Shown here: piece by piece, positions 40,506-49,533 of the stretch | Layout: the number at the start of each line of letters is the position of its first letter | How positions within the stretch are numbered: the first letter of the stretch is position 1 | Source: an uncultured Spirochaetota bacterium | Lineage (GTDB): Bacteria; Spirochaetota; Spirochaetia; SZUA-6; Fen-1364 | DNA: 64,000 nt | Reading direction: 5' to 3' | Assembly (NCBI GenBank): GCA_963845535.1 | Contig: CAWJSK010000012.1 | Span: 192,001 to 256,000, forward strand | Notes under the pieces: model-generated | What the model saw: only the letters and a program-made list of their open reading frames with translations | Database searches by the model: none | What the model was told of the DNA's origin: nothing | Position numbers and translations under genes: made by a program

Positions 40506-40624
40506 GTGTCCCCTCTCTGAACCCTAGGAGCTTAAAGTACTGAGCCGAAAGAGCCAAAAACAAGCACATTCGCGCGCCCGCCTGCCTGAAATCCTTGACT
40601 CCTCCCGGGCAAAACGATATCACG

Positions 40625-42229
40625 ATGGGACTTATGAGCTCGAACAAAGAATGGCCCTTCGTAGAGGCCCAGAGGATCATCGACCACCTCTCGCACACCG
40701 GAAAGACGAGCGTGGTGGCGGAAACCGGGTATGGGCCCTCAGGGCTGCCTCACATTGGAACATTCGGCGAGGTTGCGCGCACCTCTTTCGTGCTCCAGGC
40801 GCTGGCCACCATGGCGCCCCAGGTGAAATCGAAAATCATTGCGTTTTCCGACGACATGGACGGCTTGCGGGAAGTTCCCAAAAACCTCCCGAACCCCCAG
40901 ATGCTCAAGGAGCACCTCGGAAAGCCGCTCACCTCCATCCCTGATCCTTTTGGGGAGGAGAAATCTTTCGCCCATTACATGAACAAAAAATTGAGGGAGT
41001 TCCTTGATTCTTTCGGATTCACGTATGAGTTCGCCTCCTCCACGGACAAGTACTCTTCCGGCGCCTTCGATGACGGGCTGCGCAAGGTGATGGAGCACTA
41101 CGAGGAAGTGGCCGACCTGTTTCGGGCAACCATCGCGGAGGAAAAGCGCGCCGCGTGGAGCCCGTTCTTCCCGATCTGCGAAAAGTGCGGCCGCATCTAT
41201 TCCACGCGTGTTACCAACCATGACCCCCAGGCCCTCACCATCTCCTACACGTGTGACATCGATTCCCCGGGCAAGTACGCGGCGTGCGGTCATTCGGCAA
41301 CGACGAGCATCCTGGGCGGCACGTGCAAGGTGGGATGGAAAGTGGACTGGGCGCTGCGCTGGTACTGCCTGGGCGTGGACTACGAGATGCACGGGGAAGA
41401 CCTGCTGGAGTCATCCCGCTTGTCCTCCCGCATTGTGAAGGTGCTGGGTGGAGAACCGCCTGAGCTTTTCAAGTACGAGCTTTTTCTGGATGAAAACGGG
41501 AAGAAGATCTCCAAGAAGATCGGCAACGGCGTGTCCTTGGAGCAATGGCTTCGTTACGCTCCCGTGGACTCTCTTCTGTACTTCATGTACCTCAAACCCC
41601 AGCAGGCCAAGCGCATGGGCCTTCCGCTCCTGCCGGACATCATTGACCAGTACCTGGAGCTGGTGGAATCCTGGGACGGCTCGGAGGACTCCCCGGTCCC
41701 GTTCATCTCGCGGCTTTCCAGCAAAGGCCACGCGGCCAAGCTTGCAGACCAGAAGACCGTCACGTACTCCCTCATCCTTCAGCTCATCCTGGCGCTGAAC
41801 CAGGATGATCCGCGGATCGTCCGCGACTATCTCCTGAAATACCAGCCCGACATCGCGGGCAACGTCGGGTACTATGAGAACCTGATCGAGGACGCCCTTG
41901 CCTATTACCGGGACGTGATGCTGCCCAACCGCGCGAACGAACAGGCGGGCCACGAGATGGATGAGGCGCTGGCCGAGCTCCGTGACATCCTCACGCAGCT
42001 CAAAGAGAGCGGTGCCGCCACGGACGCGGATTCCCTCCAGACGAGGGCTTTCCAGGTCTCCAAGGATCGCAACCTCAAGATGAAAGACTGGTTTCGAACG
42101 CTCTACCGCGTGTTCCTGGGACAGTCCCAAGGGCCGCGCATCGGCAGCTTCATTGCGCTCCTGGGCTTTGAGAATACCATCGAGCGCCTGAACGCCCACC
42201 TGAAGGGAACGCGTAGGGGAAGCTCATGA
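40625..42229 (+). CDS. lysS: Lysine--tRNA ligase, class I
   Basis: WPFVEA, ETGYGPSGLPHIGTFGE, WKVDWALRW, KISKKIGN and GPRIGSF. Confidence 0.95.
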   Translation: MGLMSSNKEWPFVEAQRIIDHLSHTGKTSVVAETGYGPSGLPHIGTFGEVARTSFVLQALATMAPQVKSKIIAFSDDMDGLREVPKNLPNPQMLKEHLGKPLTSIPDPFGEEKSFAHYMNKKLREFLDSFGFTYEFASSTDKYSSGAFDDGLRKVMEHYEEVADLFRATIAEEKRAAWSPFFPICEKCGRIYSTRVTNHDPQALTISYTCDIDSPGKYAACGHSATTSILGGTCKVGWKVDWALRWYCLGVDYEMHGEDLLESSRLSSRIVKVLGGEPPELFKYELFLDENGKKISKKIGNGVSLEQWLRYAPVDSLLYFMYLKPQQAKRMGLPLLPDIIDQYLELVESWDGSEDSPVPFISRLSSKGHAAKLADQKTVTYSLILQLILALNQDDPRIVRDYLLKYQPDIAGNVGYYENLIEDALAYYRDVMLPNRANEQAGHEMDEALAELRDILTQLKESGAATDADSLQTRAFQVSKDRNLKMKDWFRTLYRVFLGQSQGPRIGSFIALLGFENTIERLNAHLKGTRRGSS

Positions 42230-43512
42230 CGGTAAAAAGCGGTGATGTAAAAACACTTCGAGATGCCGAGACCGTCCTCTCCGGCACGAAGAAAACGGGG
42301 GCGCTGAAGCGCATCCTGCCTTTTCTCGGGCCCGCTTTCATTGCCTGCGTGGCCTACATAGATCCCGGCAATTTTGCAACGAACGTCCAGGGAGGCTCGG
42401 AGTTCGGCCTCATGCTGTTGTGGGTCATCATGGCCGCGAACCTCATGGCCATGCTCCTCCAGACCCTCTCCGCGAAGCTCGGGATTGCCACCGGGAAAAA
42501 CCTTGCCGAGCACTGCCGTGAGCGCCTGCCCCGCTGGCTCGTGATCGTGATGTGGATCGTGGCGGAGATTGCCGCCATGGCCACGGACCTTGCGGAGTTC
42601 CTCGGTGCCACCCTCGGGTTCGCCCTCCTGTTCGGCATCCCGCTATGGCTCGGCGTCATCCTCACCGCCATTACAACCGTCATCATCCTCAGCCTGGAAA
42701 GGTTCGGCTTCCGTCCGCTTGAGGCCGTGATCACCGCGTTGGTCGGCGTTATTGCAGTCTCGTACGTCATTGAGATGGTGCTCGTGCGCCCGCCCATGGG
42801 ACAGGTCCTCCTGCACTCCGTGGTGCCCCAGCTTGCCGGCACGGAAAGCATCCTCCTTGCCGTCGGCATCCTTGGCGCGACGGTCATGCCGCACGTCATC
42901 TTCCTGCACTCCTCTTTGACTCAGAGCCGGATCGTGGTGAAGGAGCCGCGCAAGCTGAAGCGTCTCCTTCGCTTCGAGATTACGGACGTGGCAATCGCCA
43001 TGGGGCTGGCCGGCATCATCAACATGGCCATGCTGATCATGGCGGCACAGACTTTTCACTCGCACGGGCTCACGAACATCGCCACCATCGAGGACGCCCA
43101 CAAAACCCTCGTGCCTCTCCTGGGCCCCGCGGCGAGCTGGGTATTCGCAATCTCACTCCTGGCTTCCGGCCTCTCCTCCTCTTCCGTCGGGACCATGGCC
43201 GGCCAGGTGATCATGCAGGGCTTCATCCACCGCCAGATTCCGGCATGGATTCGCAGGCTTGTGACCCTGATCCCGTCCGTGGTGGTCGTCATGTTGGGAA
43301 TCGACCCGACCCGGGCGCTCGTCCTGAGCCAGGTGGTGCTGAGCTTTGCCCTGCCCTTCCCGGTCATCCCGCTGATCTTCTTCACGCGGCGGAAGGACCT
43401 GATGGGCGTCCTTGTGAACAAGCCCGTGACGACGATTGCCGGCGTTCTGGCGGCGGCCGTGATCCTGGGGTTGAACGTGTATCTTATCTATCAGACTTTC
43501 ACGGGAGGGTAA
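42226..43512 (+). CDS. mntH: Nramp family Mn2+/Fe2+ transporter
   Basis: YIDPGNFATN and GATVMPHVIFLHS. Confidence 0.95.
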   Translation: MTVKSGDVKTLRDAETVLSGTKKTGALKRILPFLGPAFIACVAYIDPGNFATNVQGGSEFGLMLLWVIMAANLMAMLLQTLSAKLGIATGKNLAEHCRERLPRWLVIVMWIVAEIAAMATDLAEFLGATLGFALLFGIPLWLGVILTAITTVIILSLERFGFRPLEAVITALVGVIAVSYVIEMVLVRPPMGQVLLHSVVPQLAGTESILLAVGILGATVMPHVIFLHSSLTQSRIVVKEPRKLKRLLRFEITDVAIAMGLAGIINMAMLIMAAQTFHSHGLTNIATIEDAHKTLVPLLGPAASWVFAISLLASGLSSSSVGTMAGQVIMQGFIHRQIPAWIRRLVTLIPSVVVVMLGIDPTRALVLSQVVLSFALPFPVIPLIFFTRRKDLMGVLVNKPVTTIAGVLAAAVILGLNVYLIYQTFTGG

Positions 43513-43516
43513 TGCG

Positions 43517-44425
43517 ATGTTCAAGCACATCCTCGTGCCGCTTGACGGTTCGCGGCTCGCTGAGTCCGCCCTCGCAATGGCGGCGTCCCTCGCCAGGAAG
43601 CTCGACGCTTCCCTCACCCTCATCCACGTGATCGAGAAGGACGCCCCGTCTGAGATCCACAACGAACGGCACCTTGTTTCCGCGGGAGAGGCGTCAGCGT
43701 ACCTTGACGAGGTTGCCAACCTTTCCCTCCTGGCCGGCGTGCGGGTCTCCACGCACGTGCACACCTCCCAGGTGATTGACGTCGCGGACAGCGTCACCGA
43801 GCATTCCGCGGAGCTTGCCCCTGACCTCATTGTGATGAGCAGGCACGGCAGAGGCGGCGCCCGGCGTCTCCTGTTCGGCACCATCGCCCAGCAGATCATC
43901 TCCCGCGGGCGCACGCCCGTGCTCGTTGTCCGCCCCTCCACGGACGTCCGCGGGGAAAGCTCGAGCGCGGACTGGCGCACCATCCTGGCGCCTATTGATG
44001 GAGACCCGTCCCATGAGAAGGGACTGCCGGTAGCCATTGACATGGCGCTCGCCTTCCACTGCCGGCTGCACTTGCTGATGGTGGTGCCGACCATCGGAAA
44101 ACTCGGGGGATTGCAGGGCGCCTTGTCCCTCCTCCTGCCCGGGACCACTCGGGTGAAGCTGGAAATGGACAGCGCCGGCGCGGGAGACTACCTGGCGGCG
44201 CGGGAAAAGGAGCTGCAAAGCGCGGGCGTCCACGCCGGCAGTGAGACCTCACGGGGGGATCCCGCGCGCGCCATCGTCAAGGCGGCGCGCCGCCTGACTG
44301 CTGACCTCGTGGTCATGGGCACGCACGGCCGCGCGGGCACGGATGCGTTCTGGGCGGGCAGCGTGGCCGCGCAGGTGGTGGCCCGCGCCAGCGTCCCGCT
44401 CCTGCTCGTCCCGTTGAAGGAGTAG
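43517..44425 (+). CDS. Tandem universal stress protein
   Basis: FKHILVPLDGS, DLIVMSRHGR and DLVVMGTHGR. Confidence 0.92.
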   Translation: MFKHILVPLDGSRLAESALAMAASLARKLDASLTLIHVIEKDAPSEIHNERHLVSAGEASAYLDEVANLSLLAGVRVSTHVHTSQVIDVADSVTEHSAELAPDLIVMSRHGRGGARRLLFGTIAQQIISRGRTPVLVVRPSTDVRGESSSADWRTILAPIDGDPSHEKGLPVAIDMALAFHCRLHLLMVVPTIGKLGGLQGALSLLLPGTTRVKLEMDSAGAGDYLAAREKELQSAGVHAGSETSRGDPARAIVKAARRLTADLVVMGTHGRAGTDAFWAGSVAAQVVARASVPLLLVPLKE

Positions 44426-44472
44426 ACGCGCTGAAAGAGTAGACGCGCCCGCCCACGCCCCGCCGTCGGCAC

Positions 44473-45429
44473 CTACTGCGAAGGCTGCCGAACGGGAGGC
44501 TTCAACGGCATCAGGTCCAGATCCGGCCCGGGATCAGGGAGGAGGGCTGGCAGCGCGTTGATGCCTCCGTCCACGGCCTGCACGCCTTCGTGATCACGGA
44601 TGACCTGGTCGTCCTGCGCCATGGTCATATACCTTTCGACGGAATCTTCCAGCGACTTCTCGGATTCGGTCCTGATGAGCCCAGTCAAGCTGAAAAGCCC
44701 TTCCTTCGAATGAATGACCCCCGGCCACGTGCTTCGGGCGCTGGTGAAGCCGGCCGCTTTTGCCGCGGCAACCACCCGCGAGTCATACTGTCCGAACGGG
44801 TACGCAAGGGAGGTCACGGACACCCCCGTGTGGGACTCGATGTCCTGCCTGGCTCCGGCAAGCTCTCGCTTCAGGTTCTCATCCTTCCTGATGCGCGTAA
44901 GGAAAGGGTGCGTATACGTATGGCAGCCGAGCTGCATGCCCGCCTGTGACAGCTCCTTGATCTCTTCCCAGCTCATGTGGTGCTTCCTGCCCACGACCAC
45001 GACCCAGATGTAGAACGTGGCCGTGTAGCCGTACTTCTTGAGAAGCGGCAGCGCGTAGCGGTACTGGTTTTCCCAGTCGTCGTCAAAGGAGAAGATGACC
45101 GGTTTGGTTGGCAGGGTCGCGCCGGCGGTCACGTGGTTGACAAGGTCGTCAAAGCTGATGGAAACGTAGCCGCTCTCTTTCAGCCAGGCCAGCTCCTCAT
45201 CCAGCGTCTGCGGCGTGGCGATGTAACGGCGAACGGCCGGAGTGTCACTCTCCACGTACGGCCTGACCGCGTGATAGATGAGGATGGGGACGAGGGTGGT
45301 TGCCGTGCCCTCTCCGTCACGCGGCTCGGGGGGAATGAGGCGTGAACGCTGCGTCTGGGGCAGCGCGGCTTGAGCAAACCCTGATGCGTGTATGCAAAGG
45401 GCAACCAGAATGAGCGCCCGTAATTCCAT
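44473..45429 (-). CDS. Polysaccharide deacetylase (CE4) family exported protein
   Basis: VPILIYHAV, FSFDDD, CHTYTH and AYPFG; signal peptide. Confidence 0.88.
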   Translation of the reverse strand: MELRALILVALCIHASGFAQAALPQTQRSRLIPPEPRDGEGTATTLVPILIYHAVRPYVESDTPAVRRYIATPQTLDEELAWLKESGYVSISFDDLVNHVTAGATLPTKPVIFSFDDDWENQYRYALPLLKKYGYTATFYIWVVVVGRKHHMSWEEIKELSQAGMQLGCHTYTHPFLTRIRKDENLKRELAGARQDIESHTGVSVTSLAYPFGQYDSRVVAAAKAAGFTSARSTWPGVIHSKEGLFSLTGLIRTESEKSLEDSVERYMTMAQDDQVIRDHEGVQAVDGGINALPALLPDPGPDLDLMPLKPPVRQPSQ

Positions 45430-45472
45430 GGTCCCAGGTGTATGTCACGGAAAGAGGACCAAGGTCAAGCGT

Positions 45473-45949
45473 TCAGGCCGCCTGCGCAAGCGCCTCCTTC
45501 GCCTTGGGGACTGTCTCCTCGGGCTTCACGCCGTACCAGGCGCGCAGCACCATGCCGCTCTCATCGATGAGAAACGACGAGCGGATGATGCCCATCGACT
45601 TCTTTCCATAATTGTTCTTCTCCCCCCACACGCCGTACGCTTCGGCAATCGCATGGTCCGTATCCGCCAGGAGCGGGAATCCGAGAGAGAACTTCAGGTC
45701 GAACTTTTTCTGATCTTCAGGGGTGTCGGGGCTGATGCCGAGCGCAGCCACGGAAAGCTTGCGGAAGTCCTGTCGCGCGTCGCGCACGGCGCAGGACTGC
45801 GTAGTGCATCCCGGCGTGTCCGCCTTCGGGTAGAAGTACAGAAGCACCTTGCGGCCTCGAAAATCCGACAACTTCACGGTCTTCGAGTCCTGGTCACGAA
45901 GGGAAAAATCAGGGGCGGCGTCCCCCACGGCGAGCTTATGCTCCATCAT
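45473..45949 (-). CDS. bcp: Thioredoxin-dependent peroxiredoxin (BCP)
   Basis: [16 protein letters not shown]. Confidence 0.93.
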   Translation of the reverse strand: MMEHKLAVGDAAPDFSLRDQDSKTVKLSDFRGRKVLLYFYPKADTPGCTTQSCAVRDARQDFRKLSVAALGISPDTPEDQKKFDLKFSLGFPLLADTDHAIAEAYGVWGEKNNYGKKSMGIIRSSFLIDESGMVLRAWYGVKPEETVPKAKEALAQAA

Positions 45950-46052
45950 GCGCCTCCATAGTGAGAAAAGGTACGGCGCTGGTCGGACATCGTCAAACGC
46001 GTCAAACCTTCCTGCTTTTCGCGCGTGAGGCCGCGGCGTATATTTAACGGAT

Positions 46053-46595
46053 ATGGTGCACAAGATCGGAGACAAAGCGCCGATCATCGAACCTTCCGCT
46101 TTCATTGCCTGGAACGCGGAAGTGGCAGGCGCGGTCCGGCTCGGAGCGGCAACGAGCGTGTGGTTCAGCGCCACGCTCCGGGGAGACCTGGCCGGCATCA
46201 CCGTGGGAACCGGGTCGAACGTGCAGGACGGGGCAACGCTGCACGTGGACACCGGCCTGCCGCTCACAATCGGGGAAAGAGTCACGATTGGGCACAACGC
46301 GGTGCTTCACGGCTGCACCGTGGGGAATGACTGCCTCATCGGGATGGGCGCGGTGGTCCTGAGCGGGGCGGTGATTGGCGCGGAGAGCATTGTCGGGGCC
46401 GGCGCCCTGGTGACCGAGGGCAAATCGTTTCCGCCCCGGTCTGTCATCCTCGGCAGCCCCGCAAAAGCGGTGCGCAGCGTGGATGATGCGGCCGTGGACA
46501 AGATCCGGGAGAACGGGCGGGCGTATGAGGCTCTTGCCCGTCAGGCGGCGCGGGACTACCGGGAACAGGGCGCTGCCGCCCCGGTGCGGACCTGA
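46053..46595 (+). CDS. Gamma carbonic anhydrase family protein
   Basis: [22 protein letters not shown] and hexapeptide repeats. Confidence 0.92.
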   Translation: MVHKIGDKAPIIEPSAFIAWNAEVAGAVRLGAATSVWFSATLRGDLAGITVGTGSNVQDGATLHVDTGLPLTIGERVTIGHNAVLHGCTVGNDCLIGMGAVVLSGAVIGAESIVGAGALVTEGKSFPPRSVILGSPAKAVRSVDDAAVDKIRENGRAYEALARQAARDYREQGAAAPVRT

Positions 46596-46628
46596 CCAGC
46601 CCTTGGTCACGCCGGCGCTGGCACCTGC

Positions 46629-49052
46629 ATGAGCGTCCCTTCCGAAGCTTCGAAACGCCGGGCCGTGGACCTCCCCCGGCTTTCCAGCGGCCTGCTGGAC
46701 GCCATCGATTCCGCCATCCTGCTCCTCACCGAGGACGGGACCATCATCCAGAGCAACCGCTACGCCATCCAGATGCTCAAATACGCCGACGGCCGGCTCG
46801 ACGGGGAGAACATATCCGCGCTCTTCCCGCGGGATGACATGGCCGTGGAGTTCATGAAAAGAATCAGCGCCCGCTCGAAGGAAGGCGCCGCGCCCCGGGG
46901 ACGGACCAGGCTGCGGGATGCAGGCGGCGGCTTCGTTCCCGTTGCGTACCGCGCCTCCCGTCTCAGCGTTGGCGGAGCAGACGTCCTTCTTCTGGATGCG
47001 GCTGACGTTCGCGCGGAGAACGAACAGGACCAGCACACTCGAAGCATCGCGCGGTTCTCGGACGAGAACCCTTTCCCCGTCCTTCGGATCGCTGATGACG
47101 GGACCCTCCTGTACGCCAACCCCGGGAGTTGGCTCCTCCTCATGCACTGGAACACGGCGGAGCAGCAACCGGTCCCGGCCGAATGGAAGACGACCATCCA
47201 GGAGGCGCTTGCACGGGAGGAAAGCCGCGAGGTGGAAGCGCAGATCGGTTTCAAGACGCTGCTCCTCAATCTCGTCCCCGTGCCCGAGATGGGGTACGTG
47301 GACGTGTTCGGCCTCGACGTGACCAATCGGAAGCAGGCGGAAAGGAAGCTCCAACTGGACGCCCAGGTCTTCGAGAGCGCCACGGAAGGCGTCATGATCA
47401 CGGACGCCGAGCAGAGGATCCTGGACGTCAACCGCGCATTCACCACGATCACGGGCTATTCCCGTGAGGAGATCCTCGGAGAGAACGCCGGCATCCTCCA
47501 GTCCGGCCGGCATGACGAGAGCTTCTATCAGGCGCTCTGGAAGGACGTCCGGGAGCGCGGGAGCTGGCAAGGGGAGATCTGGGACAGGAGAAAGAACGGC
47601 GAGGTATACCCGAAGCGGCTCTCCATCAGCGCCGTGCCTGACGAGCACGGACAGGTGATCCGCTACATCGGGCTGTTCTCCGACATCACCACGGTGAAAC
47701 AGACCCAGGAGCAGCTCTACCACATGGCCAACTACGACAGCCTCACCGGGCTTGCCAACCGCAGGTTCTTCCATGACAGGCTCGAGCGGAGCATCCAGGA
47801 GGCGCGGCGCTCCGGGGAGATGGTGGCGGTGATGTTCCTCGACCTTGACGGGTTCAAGCTGATCAACGACAACATGGGCCACCGCGCCGGGGACGCCCTG
47901 CTGCGCGCCGTGGCGGACCGCATCCGGGAGAACGTTCGTGACAGCGACACCGTGGCCCGCATGGGCGGGGACGAGTTCACCGTCGTGATCCCCCGTCTGC
48001 ACAACTCGCAGCACCTCGTGGGCGTTGCCCAGAAGATCCTGGCAAGGGTTGCAGAGCCCCTGACCCTGGAGCACCAGGAGCTGTTCACGAGCTCGAGCAT
48101 TGGCATTGCCGTCTTCCCCGCGGATGCAAGCGACGTCGAAGGGCTGTTGCACAGCGCCGACACGGCGTTGTACCGGGCCAAGGAGCGCGGGAAGAACGGC
48201 TACCAGTTCTACTCCCGGGACATGAACAAGGCCGCGGTGGAGCGGCTCCAGCTCCAGATGAAGCTCCGACAGGGTTTCGAGGCCGGTGAGTTCTCCCTCA
48301 GCTACCAGCCTATGGTGAGCGCTTCCACGGGCCGCGTCATGGGGCTGGAAGCCCTGGCCCGGTGGAGGAGCCCGCCTGACAGTGCCGCCTCTCCGGATGT
48401 CTTCATTCCCCTCGCTGAAGAAATCGGCCTCATCCACGACTTGGGCGCCTTCCTCCTGCGCCTGGCCTGCGAGCAAGGCAAGGCCTGGCACGGACGCTGC
48501 AGGCCCGAGCTGAAGATTGCGGTCAACATTTCCCCGTACCAGCTTCGACGGTCCGATTTCCTGAACCGGGTGGAACAGATCGTTGCGGAGAGCGGGTTCT
48601 CGTTCGGGAACCTGGATTTCGAGCTCACAGAAGGCACCCTGCAGGATGAGCTTCCGGAGATCAGCGGCAAGCTCGAGCGGCTCAAATCCCTCGGAGCGAC
48701 AATCACCCTGGATGACTTCGGCACCAGGTCATCGTCACTTTCATCGTTGCGGAGGTTCCCCATCGATCGCCTCAAGATCGACAGGTCTTTCATCAGGGAC
48801 ATCCCCCAGGACCCCCACAGCGTGGAGATTGCCGGAGCGATCATCGGGATGGGACGCAGCCTCAGTTTTGCCGTCGTGGCGGAGGGCGTGCAGACGGAAG
48901 AGCAGGCGGCCCTGCTTCGCAGCCACGGGTGCGACTTCTTCCAGGGCAACTACTTCAGCAAGCCTCTTTCTGCGGACGAGCTGTTTCCCTACCTGACGCG
49001 CAGGTGCGCGGACGGGCACGAGGTCACCGAAGGCGTTCCGGGCGCTGCATGA
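46629..49052 (+). CDS. PAS-GGDEF-EAL diguanylate cyclase/phosphodiesterase
   Basis: PAS domains, DSLTGLANR, GGDEF, EALARW, DDFGT and AEGVQ. Confidence 0.93.
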   Translation: MSVPSEASKRRAVDLPRLSSGLLDAIDSAILLLTEDGTIIQSNRYAIQMLKYADGRLDGENISALFPRDDMAVEFMKRISARSKEGAAPRGRTRLRDAGGGFVPVAYRASRLSVGGADVLLLDAADVRAENEQDQHTRSIARFSDENPFPVLRIADDGTLLYANPGSWLLLMHWNTAEQQPVPAEWKTTIQEALAREESREVEAQIGFKTLLLNLVPVPEMGYVDVFGLDVTNRKQAERKLQLDAQVFESATEGVMITDAEQRILDVNRAFTTITGYSREEILGENAGILQSGRHDESFYQALWKDVRERGSWQGEIWDRRKNGEVYPKRLSISAVPDEHGQVIRYIGLFSDITTVKQTQEQLYHMANYDSLTGLANRRFFHDRLERSIQEARRSGEMVAVMFLDLDGFKLINDNMGHRAGDALLRAVADRIRENVRDSDTVARMGGDEFTVVIPRLHNSQHLVGVAQKILARVAEPLTLEHQELFTSSSIGIAVFPADASDVEGLLHSADTALYRAKERGKNGYQFYSRDMNKAAVERLQLQMKLRQGFEAGEFSLSYQPMVSASTGRVMGLEALARWRSPPDSAASPDVFIPLAEEIGLIHDLGAFLLRLACEQGKAWHGRCRPELKIAVNISPYQLRRSDFLNRVEQIVAESGFSFGNLDFELTEGTLQDELPEISGKLERLKSLGATITLDDFGTRSSSLSSLRRFPIDRLKIDRSFIRDIPQDPHSVEIAGAIIGMGRSLSFAVVAEGVQTEEQAALLRSHGCDFFQGNYFSKPLSADELFPYLTRRCADGHEVTEGVPGAA

Positions 49053-49533
49053 GCATGGGCAGCTCATGCTCGAACATGGGCGTGAGCGAACCTGTCCCCA
49101 CCATCGTAGTGACCTCCCGCAGAGTGAAAAACCGCACTTCGTCGATCTCAACCGGATCAGCCGTGACGGTGCCGGAATGCCTCAGAAGGAAGCATTGGGC
49201 AAACTCCGTCTCGAATGCGCTGCCGTAGAGATAACCGTACAGGAAGACGGCGCCCGCGGCGTCAATCCCCAGCTCCTCCCGCGCCTCACGGCGCAACGCA
49301 TCCAGCACGTCTTCACCCGCCCTCACGTGGCCGCCCACGGAAGTGTCCCAGCGTCCCGGGTTCGTGTCCTTGGTCATGGCCCGTTTCTGAAGGAGGAGCC
49401 TGTCTTCGGAGTCCAGCACGTGGAGGTGGACGACAAGATGGATCAGGAGCGGGTTCCCGTGGCACTCCTCCCGCGTTGCCCGGCCCGCGGGGCGGCCTTC
49501 CCGGTCAACGAGCTGGAAAAACTCAACGGCCAC
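49024..49533 (-). CDS. NUDIX hydrolase (Idi-like)
   Basis: GGHVRAGEDVLDALRREAREELGI Nudix box. Confidence 0.9.
   Translation of the reverse strand: MAVEFFQLVDREGRPAGRATREECHGNPLLIHLVVHLHVLDSEDRLLLQKRAMTKDTNPGRWDTSVGGHVRAGEDVLDALRREAREELGIDAAGAVFLYGYLYGSAFETEFAQCFLLRHSGTVTADPVEIDEVRFFTLREVTTMVGTGSLTPMFEHELPMLMQRPERLR

Noticed and set aside
40506..40624. T-box or attenuator leader for the ilv/leu operon
   Set aside because: The intergenic region is only about 120 nt, is shared with the divergent lysS, and shows no T-box motif or Leu/Ile/Val-rich leader peptide.
44419..44449. 12-bp direct repeat GAGTAGACGCGC at the usp stop codon
   Set aside because: A single small local duplication with no evident function.
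46044..48491. Long antisense ORFs (815 aa here; also 3715-5154, 27660-29372, 38919-40520 and 61973-63772)
   Set aside because: Shadow ORFs opposite well-supported genes in high-GC DNA, with no recognisable motifs.
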